A stretch of DNA of 64,000 nucleotides from an uncultured Chloroflexia bacterium (GTDB taxonomy: Bacteria; Chloroflexota; Limnocylindria; Limnocylindrales; CSP1-4). Of this stretch, positions 31,610 through 42,365 are shown piece after piece. The stretch covers positions 163,158 through 227,157 of the forward strand of contig CAVUGM010000006.1 of the NCBI GenBank assembly GCA_963741085.1, in the 5' to 3' direction. Position numbers and translations under genes: made by a program. Below the pieces are notes generated by a model, which saw only the letters and a program-made list of their open reading frames with translations, was not told the DNA's origin and did no database searches. The first letter of the stretch is position 1, and the number at the start of each line of letters is the position of its first letter.

Positions 31610-31957
31610 CGGGATGCGGGCCGCGCGGGGCGCCGGCGGCGGCCGGGGCACCGACCAGGGACGGCTGGAATCGATCGAGCGCTCCGTCCGCGATCTCGAC
31701 CCAGGCGTCGAGCCGGCACGACGCTCGGTCGGTCCCAACCTGGCGGTCGCTCGTCGCCCCCGCGAGCGGGGGCGCATCGGCCTCGACCGCTCTCGGCTCC
31801 AAACCCGGAGGAGCCCTCTGGAGGACGCCGACGGAGTTCGGTGACACGCGGCCCGTCTCGCACCGTTGCAGCTCGGAATGTCAAGCCCTCTCTGAGAGAA
31901 GACACGCCCGGTCGCGGGCGAGGAGACCGACTTCCAGAGCCCGCCGCTCGCGGCGAC

Positions 31958-32680
31958 TCACCAGGCCCCGGGCAGCAGCCGATGCCGCACCTGACTGGCG
32001 TACTCGGCGTAGCCGGGCAATCCGGTCATCAACATCCGGTCCTCGAACCATGTCCGCGTCGCCATGAGGGCCGCGGCAGCCAGGGCTGGTACGAACGCCC
32101 AAACCGAGCCGAGCAGGAGGGGCGTCCCGAGCGACTGGAGGATCGCCCCGGAGTACCCCGGGTGGCGGACGAACCGATATGGCCCCTCGGCGCAGACGGT
32201 CTGGCCGCGCTCGGGCTGGACACGGGCCACCGTCGAGAAGTAGGCGTTCGCGATCATCGCCCACCCGAACAGGGCCAGGCCAGCTGCGAACACGAGCCCG
32301 CCGGCGAGCTGCCAGGCGACCTCGACGGGGCCCGTCCACCCGAAGCGCACGTCGAGGCCGGCGACGAGCGGCAGCAACACGAACTGCGCGAGGCTCCAGA
32401 GGCCGCCGATCACCTTGTCCCAGCGGGGCATCTCGCCCGGCTGCCCGCGCTCGGCGACGAGCTCCGGGTCGCGGCGGAGGAGGAACCCCGCGTTCACGAC
32501 GGTGCTGGCGAGGTAGATCCCGAGGTAGACCCAGCCCCAGATCCAATCGAGCTGGCCGGCGGCGCCAAAGAGGATGACGGCAAGGACGACGAACATCAGC
32601 CCGATCTGGCCGGCGCGTGCCGCGATACCGCGAGCGAGGCCCGGGCGGGGCTGCGTGGAGGAGGCACCCCCGACGTTCAC
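31958..32680 (-). CDS. Isoprenylcysteine carboxyl methyltransferase (ICMT) family membrane methyltransferase
   Basis: Multi-TM protein with the signature GPYRFVRHPGYSGAIL...EDRML. GTG 32680 is a provisional start; the ATG at 32596 is an alternative. Confidence 0.8.
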   Translation of the reverse strand: MNVGGASSTQPRPGLARGIAARAGQIGLMFVVLAVILFGAAGQLDWIWGWVYLGIYLASTVVNAGFLLRRDPELVAERGQPGEMPRWDKVIGGLWSLAQFVLLPLVAGLDVRFGWTGPVEVAWQLAGGLVFAAGLALFGWAMIANAYFSTVARVQPERGQTVCAEGPYRFVRHPGYSGAILQSLGTPLLLGSVWAFVPALAAAALMATRTWFEDRMLMTGLPGYAEYASQVRHRLLPGAW

Positions 32681-32980
32681 GGTCGAAGCCTGCCGTCTCC
32701 GGGTGCCCGATCGCCAGAGCCGGTTCGCCCGGCTACGCTGGGCCGATGGATCCTGGGCGGCACCGGGCGCGGAGGACGCGCGACCGGCGTGGATTGGCCG
32801 GGGTCCTTGTTCCAGTCCGAAGGGATCCATCACGAACCTCCCCAGCCACGGCCATGACGAGCCTGATGCGGCCGAATGCGACGCCGAAGCCGGCCGGGCC
32901 ATGAGCTGCGCGTGACAGCAGGACCAGCGCCGTATCACCGTCCCCCGGGAAGGCGTGCCGGGCGGACCGCACCGGCCGGC

Positions 32981-33462
32981 TCAGCCGGGGGGTCGCTGCA
33001 AGCGGGTCCCCTCGGGGTCGCCGATCGCTGCCCGGCCGCGGTCGCGTCCGAGGTAGATTCGAAACCGGAACGTATGGAGGCCGAACAGCACCCCGACGGC
33101 AAACCGGCGGAATGCCTCCAGGGCGCCGGCTGCGGTCGGCTCGATCTGTTGGGAAGGCCGCGCGATCGCCACGAGCCCCGCCAGCGTCGCGAGACCGAAC
33201 CGCTCGCGCAGAGCTCGAGCCACAGGAGTCGGCGCGGCAGCGGCTGCAGGCGGGCCGGCAGACCGGACCGGACGAGGGCGGCATCGCGGACCAGCAGACC
33301 CGCGGCGACACCCTCGGCGACGATCGCGCCGCGCCGGCCGGCCCGGGAGATGAGCGCCTGCGTCAGCGGGAATCCCATCCCGCTCAGGAGGAGCACCGCG
33401 CCGCCGAGCGCGTTGGCAGCGGGGTTCCGCGACGGGCCGTTCGGGTGTTCGGCGGCGGTCAT
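32981..33462 (-). pseudogene. Hypothetical membrane protein (probably one frameshift)
   Basis: The N-terminal part MTAAEHPNG...GGAVLLLSGMGFPLTQALI is in the 32935..33462 frame. The plausible C-terminal part ERFGLATLAGLVAIA...FAVGVLFGLHTFRFRIYL is in the 32981..33544 frame. No family is recognised. Confidence 0.4.
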
Positions 33463-33557
33463 GCCCGGCCCTCACCAGGAGGCAGGCGTCCGGTCCGGAC
33501 TCGGCCCGCGTCCTACGCTCTCCGACGCCGCCGTCCCGGATCACCTGACCAGGCCTG

Positions 33558-34019
33558 TTATGCCGTTGCAGGGGCGGTTCCGCGCGGGAGGTAGGAGAGC
33601 CAGGCGATCGTCCACTTGGCGCCCATCACCGCGCCCACTCCGACAATGGCGGCGCGCACGAAGGAGGCCGCTTCCGGGCCGCCCAGCGCGTCGACGATCG
33701 GCTGGAGGAGGAGCGGCCAGCCGAACAGCCCAGACAGGACGAGGAAGGTCGCGAGGAGGCCGAGAGGCATGCCGACGACGTTCGCCCGGCCGACACCGAA
33801 CCGCTCGCGCATCGCGCTGATCCCGAGGGCGCACATCGCGCTGCCCAGGATCCATAGGGCCACCAGGGCAGCGGCGCCGTCCCCGACGAGGGGGGCGCTC
33901 GAGCCGTTCGCAGCGGCCAGGACGATCACCGCCGCCGGGATGCCGAACAGCGTGGCGATGACGGGCTTGAGCCTCGACGCGGATGCGGCATTCGCCTGCA
34001 CGGTAGAACCTCCCGCCAC
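33558..34019 (-). CDS. Hypothetical 4-TM membrane protein
   Basis: The 153-aa ORF has four hydrophobic segments (VIATLFGIPAAVIVLAAA, AALVALWILGSAMCALGI, GLLATFLVLSGLFGWPLLL, AAIVGVGAVMGA). No family is recognised. Confidence 0.55.
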   Translation of the reverse strand: MAGGSTVQANAASASRLKPVIATLFGIPAAVIVLAAANGSSAPLVGDGAAALVALWILGSAMCALGISAMRERFGVGRANVVGMPLGLLATFLVLSGLFGWPLLLQPIVDALGGPEAASFVRAAIVGVGAVMGAKWTIAWLSYLPRGTAPATA

Positions 34020-34289
34020 GGACGCGCCCGGATCACTGGCGCCGAACTGCCGGAGCGCAGCCCGTCGTCGCCGACCCTATCGCCGTGCCGGGATCCAACC
34101 CAGTGCGCTTGGTTGTCTCCGCGATAGGCCGACTGGACCCGGACCTCGACATGCTCCGGGTCGCCGACTGGACCTAGGCAGGTGACACCGGCGCTGGAAC
34201 GCAGCCTCATCAAGCCGCCCGGGCGCCACTGCGACTGGCAAACAAGACGGACGGCGCATCATGGCGGCCCGCCCACCTCGAGGACGACC

Positions 34290-35014
34290 ATGACCGACGT
34301 GAAGATCCCCACGCCGCACGGCCAGCTGCCCGTCGTCGTCGCCCGGCCGCCGGGCGACGGCCCGTGGCCCGGGGTCGTCGTGATCCACGATGCCGGGGGC
34401 ATGAGCAAGGACACGCGGCGGCAAGCCGAGTGGCTGGCGTCGGAGGGCTACATGGCCGCGGCGCCCGACCTCTTCTACTGGGGCAACACGTTTCGCTGCC
34501 TGTGGTCGATCTTCGGCAACCTCCGCTCGGGTGGCGGGCGCTATTTCGACGAGGTCGAGGCGACCCGCACCTGGCTCGCCGCGCAGTCGGGATGCTCCGG
34601 GCGGATCGGCGTCATCGGCTTCTGCATGGGCGGCGGGTTCGCCCTGGCGCTCGCGCCGGGGCACGGCTTCGCGGCCAGCAGCGTCAACTACGGGAGCATC
34701 CCGGCCAACGCGGGACCGCCCTCGCCGGGGCCTGCCCGATCGTCGCCAGCTACGGGGCGAGGGACGGCTCGCTCCGCGGGGCGACCGCAAGGCTGAACCA
34801 GCTCCTGGACAACCTCGGGATCGACCACGACGTCAAGGAGTATCCCGAGGCTGGCCACGGCTTCATCAACGACCACCGCGACGAGCGGATCCCGCCGATG
34901 TTCGCGCTGATGGCCCGCTTCATCGGGGGGTCTGACTACCACGAGCCGTCGGCGGAGGACGCCAGGCGGCGGATCGCCGCCTTCTTCGGGCGCCACCTCG
35001 CGCCTGACGGCTGA
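34290..35014 (+). pseudogene. Dienelactone hydrolase family protein, one frameshift
   Basis: Contains [12 protein letters not shown] and [14 protein letters not shown] (nucleophile Cys elbow), then after a shift at about 34710 [12 protein letters not shown]...YPEAGHGF. Confidence 0.8.
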
Positions 35015-35078
35015 GGTCTCAGCGCCAGGTGCGCGGGGCGGCCGCGGCGGCGTTCATGTCGGTCCGCGCCGGAACCAA

Positions 35079-35696
35079 CTACTGGGCCTTGGCGGCGATC
35101 CGCTCGATGACCTCGGCGGCGTCCTCGGCGGCGTCGATCGTCTCCTCGAGGACGTTGTAGAGGTCGCGCAGCTTGATGACCCGCAGGCGGATCTCCGCCC
35201 TCGCGGAAGAGCCGGCCAATGGCGGAGCGCGAGAGGCCGTCGGCCTTGTTCTCCAGGTCGTGGACCAGGGTGAGGTGCGGACCCGCCGTCTCGAGATGCG
35301 TCGAGGAGCTTGAGCGCAGCAAGCAGCTGCTCCGCCTGGGCTGCCGATGATCCCGGCCATCTGACGGGCCTCGTCGGTGGCCTCGTCGATCCCGTAGATC
35401 ACGACCGTCTCGGCCGCCTCCTGGATGCCGTCGACGACGTCGTCGAGGCGTGCGGAGAGCTCGTGGATGTCCTCGCGGTCGAAGGGGGTGATGAACGATC
35501 GCTCGAGGCGGGCGGCGATCTCGGCGTCGATCTCGTCGCCGGCGTGCTCGAGCGCCTGGATCTCGGCGACGCGCTCGTCGAGCCGGTCGAAGTCGGTGAA
35601 CATCTCGTTGAGGGCGCGGGCGGCCACGAGGAGGTTCTCGCCGTCCTTGACGAAGATCTCCTGGAACGCCTCGTCGCGCGGGATCAGGCGGGGCAT
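35079..35696 (-). pseudogene. DUF47 / PhoU-like phosphate-transport accessory protein (Pit partner), frame-disrupted
   Basis: Contains MPRLIPRDEAFQEIFVKDGENLL...EHAGDEIDAEIAARLERSFITPFDREDIHELSARLDDVVD and the C-terminal LRDLYNVLEETIDAAEDAAEVIERI. The middle (HLTLVHDLENKADGL) lies in another frame. It is immediately downstream of pit. Confidence 0.8.
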
Positions 35697-35722
35697 GGGG
35701 CGGGTCACCTCCGGAGAGTCGG

Positions 35723-36735
35723 TCACTTGACGCCGAGCGCGTTGAGGACGACCCACGCCAGGGCGCCGACGATGCCTGCGGCGGGGATCGTCACGACCCA
35801 CGCGACCAGGATGCTGCGGGCCACTCCCCAGCGGACGCCGCGGGCACCCTTGCTGGTGCCGACGCCCATGATCGCGCTCGAGATGACGTGGGTCGTCGAG
35901 ACCGGCATGCCGAAGTGGGCCGCCGTGTAGATGACCGTGGCGGCGGTCGTCTCGGCCGCGAAGCCGGTGATCGGCTCGAGCTCCACGACCCGATGGCCCA
36001 TCGTGCGCATGATCCGCCAGCCGCCGGCCGCGGTGCCCAGCGAGATGGCGGTCGCCGAGATGACGATCACCTGCGAGGGGATCACGACGTTGGGACCACC
36101 CGGGATCAGGCCGGCCGAGACGAGCGCGAGGGTGATGATGCCCATCGTCTTCTGGGCGTCGTTCGAGCCGTGGGCGAAGGCCATGAACCCGGCCGAGAGG
36201 ACCTGGAGCCGCCGGAAGCGGTGGGCCAGCGGGCGGCGTGCGCTCCTCCGGAAGATCCAGAAGAGCGCGACGATCAGCACGAGCGCCCCGAAGAACCCGA
36301 TGAGCGGGGACGTCACGAGCGGGCACCAGCACCTTGTCGAAGATCCCGGAAAGGTTCAGCGCACCCCAGCCGGCCGCGATCACCGTGGCACCGATCAGGC
36401 CGCCGATGAGCGCGTGGCTGCTGGAGCTCGGGATCCCCAGGCGCCAGGTGATCAGGTTCCAGGCGATCGCCCCCACGAGCGCGGCGATCACCACCGCCTG
36501 GGTCGTCGTCTGCGTCGTCGACGAGGCCGGCGCCGATCGTCTTGGCGACCGCGGTTCCGGCGAAGGCGCCGATGAAGTTGAACGCGGCCGCCATCAGGAT
36601 GGCGTGGGCCGGGCGCAGGGCCCGGGTCGCCACCGACGTCGCGATCGCGTTGGCCGTGTCGTGGAAGCCGTTGATGTAGTCGAAGACGACGGCGAGGACG
36701 AGGACGACGACGAGGGTCGGCGTCAGGCCGGTCAC
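35723..36735 (-). pseudogene. pit: Inorganic phosphate transporter, PiT family (two frameshifts)
   Basis: Contains FDYINGFHDTANAIATSV, the central IAWNLITWRLGIPSSSSHALIGGLIG (other frame), and FAHGSNDAQKTMGII...VSTTHVISSAIMGVG. Shifts are at about 36500 and about 36310. Confidence 0.9.
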
Positions 36736-36783
36736 GCCCGCCGCCCCGGCGCCGAACGGGGCTGCGGTGCATGGCGCAAGTAT

Positions 36784-36799
36784 GTTGATCCTGTTAACG
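36784..36799 (-). promoter_or_regulatory. GTTAAC-containing motif upstream of pit (candidate Pho-box-like site)
   Basis: In pit orientation this reads GCGTTAACAGGATCAAC, sharing CGTTAACA with the sites upstream of the response regulator and pstS. A second GTTAAC lies at 36867-36872. Confidence 0.3.
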
Positions 36800-37434
36800 C
36801 CTGCGCGCCGGAATTCGCGCAGGCCGGATGGCGGCAGGCCGGTCGGTGCGTCGGCGGCAACGAAGCGTTAACCCCGCGCCGATCCGCCGTTGACTCGTAC
36901 GCGGGCAGCCTGGCAGCCGATGGTGCCCAGCCCGCTCGGCCGGTCCCGCCCGTCGAGGCCTTCCGACGGCGGCCGCTCTCGCCCGGCGGCCCGTGCGTCG
37001 CCGCGTCGTGTCCGCGCCGCCTCCCTCCGCCGAGCGGATCGCCCTCGAGCGCACGCGCGCTCGAGGTCCTCGGGCCCGGACGCCGACGCCCTCGCCGACC
37101 GCTGGCTCCTGCCGGGGTTCGCCCGCGACGTGGATCTCGTCGCGGCGCCAGCTCGGACCTCTCCGCGACCGGCACATGGTCGCCGCTTCCTTCGAGCGCG
37201 AGAGCACCCGCCTCGCCGCACTGCGACGTCTCGCGACGGACCCGGCTCGGCCCACCGCGCCGCGGTCGACCCACTCGAGGCGGCGTATGCCATCCGCTGG
37301 CTTGAGCTCGCCGACGGTGGCGCGCCGCTCCCCGTGGCCGGAGTTGCTCGAATCGCGCGGGTCGGATTCCACGGCCGGATCCGAGCGCGCCGGCGGGTGA
37401 GCCGCCGCGCGCGCCGCGCCGGTATCCTTCCGCC

Positions 37435-39133
37435 ATGCGATTGAGCCATCTCTTCTTCACCACCCTCCGCGACGACCCCGCCGACGCGGAGATGCCCAGC
37501 CACCGCCTCCTCGTCCGGGCCGGCTACGTCCGCCAGCTGGGCGCCGGCATCTACTCGCTGCTGCCGCTCGGCTTCCGGGTCGCCAAGCGGGTGGAGCAGG
37601 TCATCCGCGAGGAGATGGACCGGATCGGCTGCCAGGAGATGGAGATGCCGGTCGTCCACCCGGCCGACCTCTGGAAGGAGACCGGGCGCTGGTACCAGAT
37701 CGGCCCGGAGATGGCGCGCTTCAAGGACCGCGGCGGGCGCGACATGGTCCTGGCGATGACCCACGAGGAGGTCGTCGCCGAGCCTGCTGCGCTGACCTCG
37801 TGAAGAGCTACCGCCAGCTGCCGATGATGGTCTACCACTTCCAGACCAAGTTCCGCGACGAGCCGCGCTCCCGCGGCGGGCTGATCCGGGTCCGCGAGTT
37901 CGTCATGAAGGACGCCTACACCTGCGACCTCGACGAGGCCGGCCTCGACGTCAGCTACGAGAAGCAGTACGAGGCCTACACCCGGATCTTCGAGCGCCTC
38001 GGCCTCCAGGCGATCGCGGTCGCCTCCGACGTCGGGATGATGGGCGGCAGCCAGGCCCACGAGTTCATGGTCCTGAACGACTTCGGCGAGGACGTCCTGG
38101 TCCTGTGCGAGAAGTGCGGCTTCTCGGCCAACCGCCAGGTCGCCAAGGTCCGCGTGTCGGAGCCCCCGACGGGCGATCCGCTGCCCCTCGAGGAGGTCGC
38201 GACGCCCGGCAGCGACGACGATCGCGGATCTCGCCGCGTTCCTCGGCATCAGCCCCGAGGAGACGGCCAAGGCGGCGTTCTTCGTCGACCAGGACGGTCG
38301 CCTGGTCACCGCGATCGTGCGCGGCGACATGGACGTCAACGAGACGAAGCTGGCCAACGCGGCGAAGGCCCGCGCGCTCCGGCCGGCCCAGGTCGAGGAG
38401 ATCCGGGCCGCCGGCATGGAGCCCGGCTATGGGAGCCCGATCGGCGCCCACGACACGCTTCGTCCTGGTGGACGAGCTCGTGGCCCGCTCGATCGAATCT
38501 CGTCGCCGGCGCCAACCGCGAGGGCTTCCACTACCGCAACGTCAACGTCGGCCGCGACTACACGCCCGACCTCGTCGCCGACCTCTCGAACGCCCGCGAG
38601 GGACGACGGCTGCCCGACCTGCGGCGCGCCCGTCATCCTGCGCAACGGGATCGAGGTCGGGAACATCTTCAAGCTCGGCACGAAGTACACGACGCGCCCT
38701 CGGCGCCACGTACCTCGGCGAGGACGGGATGGCTCACCCGATCGTGATGGGCTCGTACGGGATCGGCGTGGGGCGGGCCGCTCGCCTGCGTCGTCGAGGC
38801 GCACCACGACGAGAAGGGGATCGCCTGGCCGGCGGAGGTGGCGCCGTACGCGGCCCACCTCGTCACCGTCTCCGCGGCGAAGGACCCGCGCGTCACCGAG
38901 GTCGCCGAGCGGCTCCACGACCGGGCGCTCGACGGCCGGCCGCGAGGTCCTCTGGGACGACCGCGACGAGTCCCCGGGCGTCAAGTTCACCGACGCGGAG
39001 CTGCTGGGGATGCCCCTGATCGTCACCATCAGCCCGCGCTCACTGGCCGCAGGCGGCGCCGAGGTGACCGTGCGCGCGACCGGCGAGCGGACGATCGAGC
39101 CGCTCGAGGCCGTCGAAGCGCGCCTCCGGCCTA
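37435..39133 (+). pseudogene. proS: Proline--tRNA ligase, at least 8 frame changes as assembled
   Basis: AGYVRQLGAGIYSLLPLG, SYRQLPMMVYHFQTKFRDEPRSRGGLIRVREFVMKDAY, an editing-domain region, GIEVGNIFKLGTKYT, IVMGSYGIGVGR and LWDDRDESPGVKFTDAELLGMPL are all present. The frame order is 1,0,1,2,0,1,2,0,1. The 3' end is approximate. Confidence 0.9.
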
Positions 39134-39157
39134 GGGCCGCGGCCGGCCGGAACGTCG

Positions 39158-40369
39158 ATGGGCACGCTCCTCGAGTACGGCGCCCTTCTCGCCCTCGTGG
39201 CGGCGGCCGCGCTCCTCCTGGCCGCGCTGCTCCAGCGGCGGGGTGCGAGGCGGCAGGCGACCGGCGTGGTCGCGGACCTCGGCGTCCCCGACACGCGCTC
39301 GCGGCCGCGGAGGTGCGAGCGCGGCCACCGAGCGCGACGCCGCCGTCCTCGTGGAGCTGGTGGGCGTGGGTGCGGTGCGGGTCGCGCCCGACCTCACGAT
39401 CACGGCCGCCAACGAGGCGGCCCACCGGCTCGTCGCGCGCCGTCCGGGCAGCGATGGTCGGCCGAAGCGTCCTCGAGGCCTTCACCGATCACCGCGTCGA
39501 GGCGATCGCGCGGACGGCCCTCGAGGCGGGCTCCGCTGCGGGGAGCTCACCGTCCGCCTGGAACCCGGCGCGACGCTCCTGGTCCGCGCTCGCGGCGGAC
39601 GCGCGGAGGCGACGCCTGGCTTGTGCTGGAGGACGTGTCGGAGCTGCGCCGCCTCCAGCGGATCCGGACCGAGTTCATCGACAACCTGAGCCACGAGCTG
39701 CGGACGCCGTTGACGACGTCAGCCTCCTGGCCGAGACGCTGGCCGCCGACGCCGACAGCGCTGCCGCCGAAGGCCGCGGAGCGGGTGGCGCGAGATCGAG
39801 GTCGAGACCGGGCACCTCGTCCAGATGGTCAACGAGCTGATGGACTTGTCGCTGATCGAGTCCGGGGTTCCGAGCGTGGTCCGCGACGACGTCGACCTCG
39901 GCCGTCTCGCGGGGGCGACGGTGGAGCGGGCCCGGCTCTTCGCCGAGCGCCAGGGCATCACGCTCGCGATCGACGCTCCATCGGTCGTCCCGGTCGTCCG
40001 GGGCGATGGCGAGCGGCTCGGGCAGGCGCTTCTCAACCTGCTCCACAACGCCGTCAAGTTCAGCCCGGCCGGCTCAACGGTCGTGGTTCGCGTCACACCC
40101 GCGGAGAGCGAGGTCGTCGTCGCGGTCGAGGATCATGGCCAGGGGATCCCGCGGAGCGCCCTGCCGCGCATCTTCGAGCGCTTCTACAAGGTCGACCGGG
40201 CACGGACCCGCGGCGCGGGTGGCACGGGCCTCGGCCTCTCGATCGCCCGCCATGTCGTCGAGGCGCATGGCGGGCGGATCTGGGTCGAGTCCGAGGAGGG
40301 CGCGGGGTCGTCTTCTCGTTCGCGATCCCGATGGCCGGCCCGGACCTGCGCGCGTCGCCGGGCGGCTGA
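39158..40369 (+). pseudogene. Sensor histidine kinase, SenX3/PhoR-like (multiply frame-disrupted)
   Basis: N-terminal TM helix (ALLALVAAAALLLAALL), a PAS-like part, the H-box RIRTEFIDNLSHELRTPLT, an N-box LLNLLHNAVKFS and G-boxes VEDHGQGIP / GGTGLGLSIA, spread over three frames. There is no adjacent response regulator. Confidence 0.85.
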
Positions 40370-40407
40370 GGCGCGGCCGGGCGGTGGCGGGATCCGGCGC
40401 GACCTGG

Positions 40408-40895
40408 TCAGAGCATTCTCCGCATCGCGATCGCCGTCGTCGGGCAGGCCGAGGTGAACTCAACCGAGGCGGCCACGTCGGCGGGGGCGTCCGACCGCTC
40501 GACGCGAGCCCACCCGAGCCCGGCGAAGTATGTCGCGGCAGTCTCGGTCAGCAGCCAGGCCTCGCGGGCGCCGTCGTCGCGGGGGCCGGCGAGCGCCCGC
40601 TCCACGAGCGCCCGCCCCAGCCCGCGGCCCCGGGCGGGGGCGAGGACCGCGACGGAGCGAAGGATGGCCGCCGGCCCGTAGCGCTCCGTGGCGGCGACAC
40701 CCAGCAGGACGGCCGTCGCCGTTCGCGACAGATCACGGTCGTGCCGCAGACGACGCAGGCGTCCAGCCCGGCGAGGGTCAGTCCCGCGCCGCCGACGAGC
40801 GCCTCGATCTCCGCGAGATCCGCCGGAGCGGCGGGGCCGAGGCGCAAGCCCCTCGGTCCGGCAGGCACCCGGTCCGGCGGGTGATGAGCCGTCAC
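40408..40895 (-). pseudogene. arsN2: ArsN2-type GNAT N-acetyltransferase, one frameshift
   Basis: The ATG overlaps the arsM stop (ATGA). The C-terminal part LRSVAVLAPARGRGLGRALVERAL...AWLLTETAATYFAGLGWARVERSDAPADVAASVEFTSACPTTAIAMRRML matches the ArsN2 pattern. The shift is at about 40735. Confidence 0.7.
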
Positions 40896-41803
40896 CCGCA
40901 GCAGCTCCCACTGGCGTCCGCCGTCGCGGCTCCCAGCGGGACCAGGCCATCGTGCGGCAGGGCGCGCGCTGCCGCCAGCCCGCTCGAGGCGGCATCTCGG
41001 GCATCGAGGGCCGAACCGGCAGCTGCCCCGGGCTCCCTGGCCGCCGGGCGGCGCGCGCGGATGATCACGTTGTACATCCCCTCCACCGCGCGGTGGGTCG
41101 GCGCCAGCTCGACCTCGGCGAGCCCGGCCGCGACGAGGCCGTCGGCGTACTCCGAGAACGAGAGCGCCCCGGCGATGCAGCCCGCGAAGTCACCCCTGGC
41201 AGCGCGATCGGCGGGGGAGAGCGTGTCGTCGGCGACCACGTCGCTGACGCTCAGCCGGCCACCCGGGCGCAGCACACGGGCGACCTCGGCGAAGACCCGG
41301 CCCTTGTCGATGGAGAGGTTGATCACGCAGTTGCTGATCACGACGTCGACCGACGCGTCGGGGAGGGGGATCGCCTCGATGGTGCCCTCCACGAAGCGCG
41401 CGTTGTCGGCGCCCGCGGCGGCGGCGTTGCGGCGCGCCAGCTCGAGCATCTCGGGGGTCATGTCCAGGCCGTAGGCCAGGCCCGTCGGCCCGACACGCCG
41501 GGCAGCGATCAGCACGTCGATGCCGCCGCCCGAGCCGAGGTCGAGGACGGTCTCACCCGGCTGCAGGTCTGCCATCGCGGTCGGGTTCCCGCAGCCCAGG
41601 CTGGCCGCAACCGCGTCCATCGGAAGCGGCGCGAGCTGGGCCGGGTCGTACAGGCCGGGCCCAAAGACGGGATCACCGGCCGCCGCACCCTTGTCGGAAG
41701 TCGCGGACCCCGCCGCAGGCGAACAGCACCCGCCCGTTTCGAGAACGGCCAGGGCGGCTCTGGCGTAGTGGCGGCGGACGTCGTCGCGGATGGTCTCGGT
41801 CAC
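40892..41803 (-). CDS. arsM: Arsenite S-adenosylmethionine methyltransferase
   Basis: Contains the SAM motif [11 protein letters not shown] and conserved cysteines in LGCGNP, SNCVINL and AGCIAGA, with a Cys-rich C-terminus. The gene is intact. Confidence 0.9.
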   Translation of the reverse strand: MTETIRDDVRRHYARAALAVLETGGCCSPAAGSATSDKGAAAGDPVFGPGLYDPAQLAPLPMDAVAASLGCGNPTAMADLQPGETVLDLGSGGGIDVLIAARRVGPTGLAYGLDMTPEMLELARRNAAAAGADNARFVEGTIEAIPLPDASVDVVISNCVINLSIDKGRVFAEVARVLRPGGRLSVSDVVADDTLSPADRAARGDFAGCIAGALSFSEYADGLVAAGLAEVELAPTHRAVEGMYNVIIRARRPAAREPGAAAGSALDARDAASSGLAAARALPHDGLVPLGAATADASGSCCG

Positions 41804-41882
41804 GGGATCGCCCCAGGTGGTGTGCTATCCATCATGGCCCGCTGCCTCGGTGCTGGTGTCGATGCGCGCAATCCTGGCCCAT

Positions 41883-41918
41883 ATATCGAGCCTTGTCAAT
41901 ATAGAAGTTGGTCGATAT
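41883..41918. promoter_or_regulatory. AT-rich divergent arsM/arsR control region with inverted repeat
   Basis: ATATCGA (41883-41889) and TCGATAT (41912-41918) flank ttgtcaatatagaag. This is the most AT-rich patch in the local sequence, so it is a likely ArsR operator or promoter. Confidence 0.35.
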
Positions 41919-41928
41919 CATACCGGTC

Positions 41929-42330
41929 ATGGTCAAGTCCACGGATCCCGACGTGCGTCTCCTGGCGGCCCTCGCCGACCCGGCCCGGCTGGCGATCGTG
42001 CGCCAGCTGGCGTCGGACGGCAGCGTCTGCGCATGCGACTTCACGGCATCCGACGGCCTGTCCCAGCCGACCGTGTCGCATCATCTGCGGGTCCTGCGCG
42101 AGGCGGGCCTGGTGCACGGCGAGCGACGGGGGACCTGGATCTGGTATCGCCTCGACGCGTCGGTCGCGGGCCGCCTGGCGGAGATCGCCGGCGAGCTCGG
42201 TCCGGCCGGAGCGGCACGACCGGCGTCGGCGCTCGGGGGGGCGGGCCGGGCACGGCGGCTCCCGGTCATCGCGTCCCCGGCTCCGGTCGCGGTACCCGCT
42301 GCCACGCTCCCGGCGGGCGAGCGGTCGTAG
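41929..42330 (+). CDS. arsR: ArsR/SmtB family metalloregulator
   Basis: Contains LAALADPARLAIVRQLA, SVCACDF (CxC As(III)-site position) and LSQPTVSHHLRVLREAGLV. The track ORF starts at TTG 41908; ATG 41929 is preferred. Confidence 0.85.
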   Translation: MVKSTDPDVRLLAALADPARLAIVRQLASDGSVCACDFTASDGLSQPTVSHHLRVLREAGLVHGERRGTWIWYRLDASVAGRLAEIAGELGPAGAARPASALGGAGRARRLPVIASPAPVAVPAATLPAGERS

Positions 42331-42365
42331 CCGCCTCGGACGGCTTCCGCGGCAGGGGCGCCCGG

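Noticed and set aside
37330-37375. A tRNA-like T-loop sequence (gggtcggattcc) in the unassigned region upstream of proS.
   Set aside because: The flanking bases do not form a T-stem, and no acceptor or anticodon arms can be drawn.
37435-39133. Programmed ribosomal frameshifting or other recoding as the explanation for the broken proS and the other split genes.
   Set aside because: There are up to 8 shifts per gene in both directions. I saw no recurrent slippery heptamer or downstream structure at the junctions I inspected. Unrelated genes are affected in blocks. Consensus indels are far more likely.
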